From Candidatus Cloacimonadales bacterium (GTDB lineage: Bacteria; Cloacimonadota; Cloacimonadia; Cloacimonadales; JAFGVF01): DNA of 64,000 bases. This document shows, piece by piece, positions 56,230-64,000 of the stretch (positions are counted from its first letter, which is position 1; each line of letters starts with the position of its first letter). The notes below the pieces were generated by a model. The model searched no databases and was not told the DNA's origin. It was given only the letters and a program-made list of their open reading frames with translations. The position numbers were made by a program, and so were the translations under genes. The stretch is taken from the NCBI GenBank assembly GCA_963663475.2, contig CAXXJV010000001.1, positions 1,376,001 to 1,440,000 on the forward strand. Reading direction: 5' to 3'.

Positions 56230-57693
56230 ATGCCTAAAGAAAAAAATAATACAAAAGCTGAGATTAAAACAAAAGATAATAAGAAGGTTGATCAAATAAA
56301 GCAAGCTGTCTTGGAAAATGATGAAATTTTGTTACACACTCGTGATCATGCAGAATTTCATAATGCTTATACTTTGGAATCTGTAAAGAAAGGGATTAAG
56401 TTTCTAAAGGTAGTATATGGAGAAAAACTCAAGTTAGATGAAAATAATGTTGATCATAATATGATTGACCAGCTTAGAACAATTGGAAAGGATATTTACT
56501 TCTTTATTTCTTCTCTTACAGCAGGCACAACTCCTGAAATATATATCAAGAGGAAATATGAATTTATTCGTAACCTATCTCAAAAAGCTCAAATAGGTGC
56601 TAATAATAAAGAAATGTTCTATCTTGCTTGGAATGGTCTTATCACAAACGATAGTTTTAAAAGATTAATTAGACAAAAGTTTGGTCTTGAACAATTTTGG
56701 GATGATTTATGCCCACAAAACATACCTTCACGAGGTAGTGAATTAACCAGATATAGGACAAAATTCGTTTTAGCCTTAGATATGGCTAGTAGGCAAGATG
56801 GTAGTCGTCGTCTGGAAGGTAGGCAATTAGATGATGGATCAGGTTTGATAATGAAGGAGAGGATAATTTGGCTACCTAACGGTAAGGCTATGCCCTTATA
56901 TCCTAACGCTTATGTCCCATTGAATCAAACCCAGGTCATATTGATTAGACATGGTAAATCTATTCATGAATCTGGAGGTTCTAATCCTGAATTTGTTGGT
57001 TCTGGCTATTGGGATTCTTGGCATAACAATAGAAGGGTTTCTTATTCTGTGGGAAATTCACTTAAAGAAGAAGGGATTGAAACTGCTAAGTCTTTAGGCT
57101 TAGATTTCAAAGTGGCAGTTGATGCTTTGCAGAATGAAGGATATCGTTTTTGGGCATATTCTAAAGAAAACCCCATAAATGTATTTGGAAGTGAATCTGA
57201 GAATACTGAACAAACTTCCCGATATTTTCTCTCTGGAGCTGAATACACAAACATTAATTTTAAGGCTATTTACGGGCTTAACTCTCAAAAGTATGGAGCT
57301 TTGACTCATAAATATAAGAATGATATTTTTAAGGAAGTAGTAGATATATATGGTCAAGACTGGCCTGGAAACGAGTCTGATAAAATCAAGAAAGCTAAGG
57401 CTATGTTAAAAAATAGATTTTATCATTATCCTGAAGGAGAGACCTTAATAGAGGCTGACTGGAGAATTGGCTATAGTTTTATTCAGCTTTTGAAAGAAAA
57501 TCAAGGTAAGAGAATCCTGCTTTGTGATCATTCTGGTGCTATCAGAGTCTTTGAAGCTATTATTAGAACCCTTGATTTTGCTGATTATTCTTCATTAAAA
57601 GAGGGACAAGATTCTATTATGGCTCTTATATATCAGCCAGGAATGAATATTCGCTATGATTATTTACAGAAGAAAGAATTCAAACTTAGGTAA
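56230..57693 (+). CDS. Histidine phosphatase superfamily protein with unknown N-terminal half
   Basis: ILIRHG, YPEGET, DHSGAIR motifs in the C-terminal half. Confidence 0.7.
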   Translation: MPKEKNNTKAEIKTKDNKKVDQIKQAVLENDEILLHTRDHAEFHNAYTLESVKKGIKFLKVVYGEKLKLDENNVDHNMIDQLRTIGKDIYFFISSLTAGTTPEIYIKRKYEFIRNLSQKAQIGANNKEMFYLAWNGLITNDSFKRLIRQKFGLEQFWDDLCPQNIPSRGSELTRYRTKFVLALDMASRQDGSRRLEGRQLDDGSGLIMKERIIWLPNGKAMPLYPNAYVPLNQTQVILIRHGKSIHESGGSNPEFVGSGYWDSWHNNRRVSYSVGNSLKEEGIETAKSLGLDFKVAVDALQNEGYRFWAYSKENPINVFGSESENTEQTSRYFLSGAEYTNINFKAIYGLNSQKYGALTHKYKNDIFKEVVDIYGQDWPGNESDKIKKAKAMLKNRFYHYPEGETLIEADWRIGYSFIQLLKENQGKRILLCDHSGAIRVFEAIIRTLDFADYSSLKEGQDSIMALIYQPGMNIRYDYLQKKEFKLR

Positions 57694-57784
57694 ATAAGTT
57701 TTAAAAAATGTTTGAATAAACAACTTGAAAAGATTGGAAAAAAAAGCCTCTATCGAATAAGATAGAGGCTTAAATTATTATTTA

Positions 57785-57946
57785 ACCCAAATAATGCAGT
57801 AGACCTTTGCGAATAGCACTATCTTCTTTTGCAAAAGTAAGCTACATAATTTTCAGGAATATATATTATATGCCTTCAAATTCTGTAACTTATTTTGCTA
57901 AAAGAATCTAGCACTCTTCATCAAAGTTCTACTGCACCATTCGGGT
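57785..57946. mobile_element. 162-bp MITE copy (best-preserved IRs)
   Basis: ACCCAAATAATGCAGTAGA...TCTACTGCACCATTCGGGT. Confidence 0.82.
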
Positions 57947-57954
57947 TTAACAAT

Positions 57955-59289
57955 CTAATTTTTTAATTCTTTGATTAGAGATTCTAAATCTACTCTTAAA
58001 TCATTATCTTTATTGAACTTATTTTCTATCATTCTCTTGGCATGGAGAACAGTAGTGTGGTCTTTTCTATTAAAGTACAAGGCAATTTCTTTTAAAGATG
58101 TTTGAGGAATTAAGAGACAGATTAGATACATGGCAACCTGACGCGGGAAGGCAATTGTTTTAACTCTAGTTTTATCCATAATCTGTTTTCTGGTAATACT
58201 ATAAAACTTGCAAACTTTATCAATAATAGAATCCATGTTAATATCTTTAGGCTTATCAGTAATCATGTCTCCTAAAATATCTAGTACCATAGTTTTATTG
58301 ATATCTAGAGGGTTGACTTTATTATAAGATGCATAGGCTAAGATTCTAATAAGAGAACCTTCCAAGGCTCGAACTGAGCTTGTAATACCTTCAGCAATAA
58401 ATTCAATTATATCATTCTGTAAGACAATATTTTGATTATCAGCTTTCTTCTTGAGAATAGCAACTCTTGTTTCAAAGTCAGGATTTTTTAAATCTGCCAG
58501 AAGGCCTGATTCAAAACGAGTAACTAATCTATTTTCAAGATCAGGAATATCCTTAGGAGGGCGGTCACTAGTCAAGATAATTTGCTTTTTTGAGGATAGA
58601 AGGGCATTAAAAGTATGGAAGAACTCCTCCTGAGTCCCTTCTTTCTTAGCTAAAAAATGAATATCATCCACTAAGAGGACATCTACATGACGAAACTTCT
58701 GTCTGAATGTGGTCATACTATTGCCCCTAATAGATTCAATCATTTGATTAGTGAATTCTTCTGAACTAATATAATAGATGGTTTTGTTTTTATCAATTTC
58801 AAGGAGATAATGGCCAACAGCTTGCATTAAATGAGTTTTGCCCATTCCCGATTCACCGTAGATGAAGAGAGGATTATATGTAGAACCAGGAGATTCGGCA
58901 ACTGCCATGGCAGCAGAATAAGCAAAATTGTTATTCTTACCAACAACAAACTGGTCAAATGTATAAAACTCATTTAGAGGAGGTAGGTCGTAATTGTCTC
59001 CTAATCCACTCTTTTTGATTTTATGAGTAGGTCTTTTTTTCAAGGAAGAATCATCATTAAGGAAACGAATATCAAACTTCTTATGATATAGATTAAATGC
59101 CAGTTCAGAAATCATACTAGCATAATTCTTGTTAAGAAAATCTGAGGCAACTTTTGTAGGTGTCATTATATAAAGTGTTTCATCCTCAAATTTAACTAGT
59201 TTAGTTTCGCTAAACCATGTATTAAAACTCTGTTTTGCTACATGTTCTTCTAATTCATCTAATATATTTTGCCAAATATCTTGATCCAT
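57955..59289 (-). CDS. dnaA: Chromosomal replication initiator DnaA
   Basis: YTFDQFVVG, NPLFIYGESGMGKTHL, QEEFFHTFN, PRQVAMYL, KDHTTVLHA. Confidence 0.98.
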   Translation of the reverse strand: MDQDIWQNILDELEEHVAKQSFNTWFSETKLVKFEDETLYIMTPTKVASDFLNKNYASMISELAFNLYHKKFDIRFLNDDSSLKKRPTHKIKKSGLGDNYDLPPLNEFYTFDQFVVGKNNNFAYSAAMAVAESPGSTYNPLFIYGESGMGKTHLMQAVGHYLLEIDKNKTIYYISSEEFTNQMIESIRGNSMTTFRQKFRHVDVLLVDDIHFLAKKEGTQEEFFHTFNALLSSKKQIILTSDRPPKDIPDLENRLVTRFESGLLADLKNPDFETRVAILKKKADNQNIVLQNDIIEFIAEGITSSVRALEGSLIRILAYASYNKVNPLDINKTMVLDILGDMITDKPKDINMDSIIDKVCKFYSITRKQIMDKTRVKTIAFPRQVAMYLICLLIPQTSLKEIALYFNRKDHTTVLHAKRMIENKFNKDNDLRVDLESLIKELKN

Positions 59290-59331
59290 ATCTACCTTTT
59301 CTGTGTTTTAAAAAATTATTATTTATCTATC

Positions 59332-59441
59332 TTATCCACGATATGTGGATAAGTATTTTTTAGTGTATAAAATTCCTCTATTTCAAGTATTTAACTGAGT
59401 TATCTTGTGGTTATTATAAATTTATCCACAAGTTATCCACT
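59332..59441. promoter_or_regulatory. DnaA-box cluster (oriC candidate or dnaA autoregulation)
   Basis: TTATCCACG 59332, TGTGGATAA 59344, TGTGGTTAT 59406, TTATCCACA 59422, TTATCCACT 59433; AT-rich tract to about 59880. Confidence 0.8.
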
Positions 59442-59883
59442 TAGTGAAAAGCAAACTTACATATCACCCCAGATTACTTATTTATGAGAGGTAGGATTTA
59501 AAATATTCTGAACTTTTATCTTGTCAAGTATCTATATTTAAGCTTAATTCTTAAGAAATTATAGTAACTTAAAAATTAATAGTGATTTACTAGAATTACC
59601 AGCTAACTAAGGATAAGTAATAGTGATTCTTTAATTAGTTATGAGATAATTATTTAAGAAATTGTTAATTATTTTTTAAGAAATAACATTTTCTTATTCT
59701 TTTTATGATTTATTTTAGAATAAACTTATTTGACTTTTGGAAAATTTACTATAAAATAGAAATTACTAAAAACAATCTTGTCACTTTGTCTATCAGACTC
59801 TACTTAAAAAATAAAATAATCACTTGCCAAGAATCTTCATATTAATATTTTTCATTTATATGATAATTTTTTAGGAGTCATTT

Positions 59884-62757
59884 ATGAAGAAAGTTTTTAT
59901 CCTTGTAGCACTAACTTTATGTATAATTAGTATATATTCCCACCCCAGATTAGACCTTAGTTCAAGAAGATTTTTTGATCAAAATAAAGAAAATACTAGA
60001 ATAGATTCCTTACATGGTTTTGATGTAATTAGCTATTATGTCGATATTGAAATAGATGATCAAGAAAACTATATAGAGGGTTATGTACAAACAGAACTCC
60101 TAGCCCAAGAAAACTTAGAGTATGTTGAATATAATTTGGTTGGTCTTGAAGTTGAAAGTGTGCTTATTGATGGTGTTAATGCCAACTATACCTATGAGAA
60201 TGATATTATTTCTATACCTGTTGATGTGGAAAATAATCAACAGTTTACTAGTAAAGTTTTCTACTCTGGTTATCCTCAACTTTCAGATGATGGCTATAAT
60301 ATTGGAATGGTATTCAGACCTAACATGGTCTTTACTATTTCTGATCCTAACGCAACAAGAAATTGGTTCCCTTGTTATGATCATCCCTGGGATAAGGCTA
60401 TTGTAAGTTTTAATGTTACTTGTAGAGATGATTGGGTAGCTGCTTGTAATGGACTTCAGGGTCAAACAATTGATAATGGCGATGGTACTAAAAGCTATGA
60501 ATGGCTAGGAGAAAATCCTATGTCCACATATCTAGCGGTTATTCATATTGCTCCCTATTCCTTAATTGAACAAACTTTTACTAAAGAAAATGGACAAGTT
60601 ATCCCAATCCAACACTTTGTCCAAAATAATATTTATGAAGATTGCTTGGTTGATTTTGAAAGAGTTCCTGAAATGATGCAGGCTTATAGTGATGCTTACG
60701 GAGAATATCCCTTCGAAAAGTATGGACAAGCTATAGTTAACATGCAAACCTATGGGGCTATGGAACACCAAACAATGACAACTTTAGGAGTTTCATATAT
60801 AGATGGTTCTCCTAATGATCCTGAATATACTGTTGCCCACGAACTTTCTCATCATTGGTTTGGTAATTGTCTTACTCCTTTTACCTGGAAAGATGTTTGG
60901 CTATCAGAAGGATTTGCTACCTATTCAGAAGCTGTCTGGGCTAATTATTTGCTTGGTTATGATGCAATGATTGAGTATGTTAATATTAATATTCAGAATT
61001 ATTATAAAAATTGGCAAAACTCTGCAGGACCTCAGGTAATTTATGATCCTGAATATCTAGAATATTTTACTCCACCATCTTACGAAAAAGCAGCCTCTGT
61101 TTTGCATATGTTAAGACTGGAATTAGGAGATGAAGTATTTTGGAATATGATTCAGACTTGGTATGCAGATAACCAATATGGAAATATTGTTACCGAAGAA
61201 TTTATTGCACATTGCCAAGATATCTCAGGACTAGACTTAAGCCAGTTCTTTGAGCAATGGATTTATTCATCAGGTATTCCCTCTTATGAGTATGCTGTTT
61301 TAAGAAATCCAGAAACAAATCAGATAAAATTCTATAATAATGTTACTTCTGATAGTGGAAATGACTTCTATCTTACAATTCCTTTTCATCTTGGACAGGA
61401 TTCAGATTCTCTGAGAACAGTCTTTACGCCTGGTTTTAGTATGACTCCTGCCATTTCAGTATCAAATGTAGATTTACCAGTACATGTAGATCCAGATTCA
61501 TGGAATCTAATCGAAGGTTCACAGGAATTAACCTTAGAAATGATAAGTGCTTACGCTGGAGATGGCCAGGCTTTAATAACTTGGAATTCCTTTGCTAATG
61601 AAGAAGACTTTGCAGGATATAAGCTATATATGAAGGAAGTTACCGAGAGTCAATGGACTTTAGTCAATCAAGAAGTTATTAATGCTAGATCATACTTAGT
61701 TGATAATCTTGAAAATGGTATAGATTATCATTTTTATGTAGTTATTGTTGATGCTACTGGTTTTGAATCTTATCCAACAAATAGTTTAGATATGATAGTC
61801 ACTCCTCAAGCAATAGAAGCTAGTCAGTCAATTCTAATTATTGATGATAGTGCTGATGGAATAGGGGCTTTATTAAGTCCTTCTGATCAAGAAATAGATA
61901 ATTACTATAATAATATGATTTTTCAAGGTTATCAAGTATCTAACCTAGATTTAAACCAAGAAGAACTTACTTACCCAGTTTTGGCTGATTATGATGTTGT
62001 TATCTGGCATAATGATACTGTCTCTTCAAGTGATTTACCTGATTATGAGAACATGCTTGGTAATTATTTACTCTCTGGTGGTAAATTAGTAATTTCAGGT
62101 TGGAAGACAGTTTTAGATTTATCCCCATCATTCCTTGAACTCTTTATGGGAGTTACAGGTTTTGAACTTTATAATTCACCTATAATGAATTCAGCTCAAT
62201 CTACAAGTGATTTATATCCTGATTTGGTAACAGATAGTAGTCTGTTACCTGGTCCTTGGAATGGTAATATTTCTATGATAACAAGTTTTGAAGTTGCTTC
62301 TGCTAGTGAACTCTATACTATCTCTGATCCTGAAGCAATTGTTGCAGTGACTTCTGGCTCAGATAATACTTGGGAAACTTACTTCTTTGGCTTTCCTCTC
62401 TATTATTTCAATGCCCAAGAGGTAAGAACTATGATGCTATCAATTCTAAGCAACACTAATCCTCCTGTTGATAATGAAAATAATGAGGTTGAACTTGCTC
62501 AAGAAACTTATATGATATATCCTAATCCAGTTGGAAAAGACTTAAATATTCAATCTAATATAAAATCAGACAAAAGTTTAAATATCACACTCTATAATAT
62601 TAGAGGTCAGAAAGTGCTTACTGAAAACAATAGCTACATGAAAAATGGCTTATTAAGATTAAGCTTTGCAGAAAAAAAATTAGCAAATGGAGTATATTTT
62701 ATTAAAATTTCAAGTAAAGATAATGAAGAATTAAGAAAACTTCTAATTTTAAAATAA
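59884..62757 (+). CDS. Secreted M1 family aminopeptidase with FN3-like and C-terminal sorting domains
   Basis: GAMEH, HELSHHW..WLSEGFATY, IYPNP tail, signal peptide. Confidence 0.9.
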   Translation: MKKVFILVALTLCIISIYSHPRLDLSSRRFFDQNKENTRIDSLHGFDVISYYVDIEIDDQENYIEGYVQTELLAQENLEYVEYNLVGLEVESVLIDGVNANYTYENDIISIPVDVENNQQFTSKVFYSGYPQLSDDGYNIGMVFRPNMVFTISDPNATRNWFPCYDHPWDKAIVSFNVTCRDDWVAACNGLQGQTIDNGDGTKSYEWLGENPMSTYLAVIHIAPYSLIEQTFTKENGQVIPIQHFVQNNIYEDCLVDFERVPEMMQAYSDAYGEYPFEKYGQAIVNMQTYGAMEHQTMTTLGVSYIDGSPNDPEYTVAHELSHHWFGNCLTPFTWKDVWLSEGFATYSEAVWANYLLGYDAMIEYVNINIQNYYKNWQNSAGPQVIYDPEYLEYFTPPSYEKAASVLHMLRLELGDEVFWNMIQTWYADNQYGNIVTEEFIAHCQDISGLDLSQFFEQWIYSSGIPSYEYAVLRNPETNQIKFYNNVTSDSGNDFYLTIPFHLGQDSDSLRTVFTPGFSMTPAISVSNVDLPVHVDPDSWNLIEGSQELTLEMISAYAGDGQALITWNSFANEEDFAGYKLYMKEVTESQWTLVNQEVINARSYLVDNLENGIDYHFYVVIVDATGFESYPTNSLDMIVTPQAIEASQSILIIDDSADGIGALLSPSDQEIDNYYNNMIFQGYQVSNLDLNQEELTYPVLADYDVVIWHNDTVSSSDLPDYENMLGNYLLSGGKLVISGWKTVLDLSPSFLELFMGVTGFELYNSPIMNSAQSTSDLYPDLVTDSSLLPGPWNGNISMITSFEVASASELYTISDPEAIVAVTSGSDNTWETYFFGFPLYYFNAQEVRTMMLSILSNTNPPVDNENNEVELAQETYMIYPNPVGKDLNIQSNIKSDKSLNITLYNIRGQKVLTENNSYMKNGLLRLSFAEKKLANGVYFIKISSKDNEELRKLLILK

Positions 62758-62793
62758 ATAGTTTAATTCATTTTAGCAAAAAGGGGATTTTCT

Positions 62794-64000
62794 ATGCAAG
62801 ATGAAAAAAAGATTCCACGGACTTTACCTGTTTTGGTAAATCCTAACTTGGTATTATTTCCATTTATGATAATGCCACTAATTGTTGCTGATCCAGAGAA
62901 GATAGCAGTAGTTGATTATGCCTTAACCCATGATAAATCTCTTGGACTTTTTCTCCAAAAGGAGAATCAAGAAAGTGAGGATGTTGAAGTTTATGAATAT
63001 GGAACTGCAGCTTCAATAATAAAGATGGTTAGAAACAAAGATGGATCACTTTCAATTCTTTTACAGGGTAATTCTAGGATTAGGATAGAGAAAATTATCC
63101 AACATGAACCAATCCTTATGGTAGAAGTTGAGTCTCTTGGCGAAAGAAGTGATGATTCACCTAAAATACAAGCCTTAAGGAAGATAGCTTTAGAACTTTT
63201 AGAAACTGTGGCTAATGAGAGTAATCTTCCAGGTAAAGAATTCCTTCCCTCTATAAAACAGATTCCTCAAACAAGTAGGGTAGCTGATTTAATTGCTGAG
63301 AATACTGATATCAAAACACTAGAGAAACAGGATATTCTATCAACTTTAGATTTAGTTTTTAGATTAGAAAAGCTCAATAAGTATTTAGCAGATTTAATAA
63401 AACAGTTACAGCTAGAGAATAGAATTCGTTCTAATGTCGAGCTAGAAATGTCTGAAGATCAACGGAAATACTACTTGCGTGAACAGTTAATGGCTATTCG
63501 TAAAGAGTTGGGTGAGAGTGATGAGGTTGAACAGGAAATTGGTTCTTGGGAAGAGAAAATTAAAAAGGCTAAATTACCTGATTATGTCCTAGAAGCTGCA
63601 GAAGAAGAGCTTACAAAGATGAAGACTATGCAACCAGCTTCTAGTGAATATAGTGTGATAAGAAATTATCTAGACTGGATAGTAAACATTCCTTGGAGTA
63701 AGAAAACTAAGGATAATTTTAATTTAGATAAGATAGACAAGATTCTTACTAAAGACCATTATGGTTTAGATAAAGCCAAAGAAAGAATTATTGAATTTAT
63801 TGCTGTGAAGAAACTTAAACAGGAAATAAAAGGCCCAATCTTATGCTTTGTTGGTCCTCCTGGTGTAGGTAAAACATCAATAGGAAGATCTGTAGCTAGA
63901 GCACTTAATCGAAAGTTTATCAGAATGTCCTTAGGTGGTGTGCATGATGAAGCAGAGATTAGAGGTCATAGAAGAACTTATATAGGAGCAATGCCTGGAA
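62794..64000 (+). CDS. lon: ATP-dependent protease Lon (truncated by window end)
   Basis: Translated by eye: TLPVL..LVLFP N-domain; DHYGLDKAKERIIEF; ILCFVGPPGVGKTS; DEAEIRGHRRTYIGAMPG. Confidence 0.95.
   Translation, partial: MQDEKKIPRTLPVLVNPNLVLFPFMIMPLIVADPEKIAVVDYALTHDKSLGLFLQKENQESEDVEVYEYGTAASIIKMVRNKDGSLSILLQGNSRIRIEKIIQHEPILMVEVESLGERSDDSPKIQALRKIALELLETVANESNLPGKEFLPSIKQIPQTSRVADLIAENTDIKTLEKQDILSTLDLVFRLEKLNKYLADLIKQLQLENRIRSNVELEMSEDQRKYYLREQLMAIRKELGESDEVEQEIGSWEEKIKKAKLPDYVLEAAEEELTKMKTMQPASSEYSVIRNYLDWIVNIPWSKKTKDNFNLDKIDKILTKDHYGLDKAKERIIEFIAVKKLKQEIKGPILCFVGPPGVGKTSIGRSVARALNRKFIRMSLGGVHDEAEIRGHRRTYIGAMPG

Overview
AT-rich (about 30% GC by eye) bacterial chromosome segment, probably Cloacimonadota/FCB group (inferred from 16S and 'YPNPFNP...IYNLKGQLVK' C-terminal secretion domains; not database-checked). 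Bases 1-15.2 kb hold a compact phage morphogenesis and lysis module: terminase and portal divergent from protease and capsid (P2-like layout), then a sheath-less tail with a -1 frameshift chaperone. No integrase, replication or small terminase gene is seen in the window, and the module ends in an array of 16-bp repeats terminating in ACA, like a DDE transposon or Mu-type end. The rest is host backbone: recO, NFACT, queE, etfA, a REP-like 53-bp x12 array, one rRNA operon (no ITS tRNA; about 250-bp intervening sequence in 23S), an intact IS21 with a CCAAT duplication, hrcA-grpE-dnaK-dnaJ-rsmE, rex/adh, pdxK, manA, a cobalamin riboswitch before a multi-repeat secreted protein, an AAA ATPase plus DUF4276-like pair, groES-trxA, dnaA with DnaA boxes, an M1 peptidase and the start of lon. 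Intergenic DNA carries several nested MITE/REP families that also occur in the phage module.
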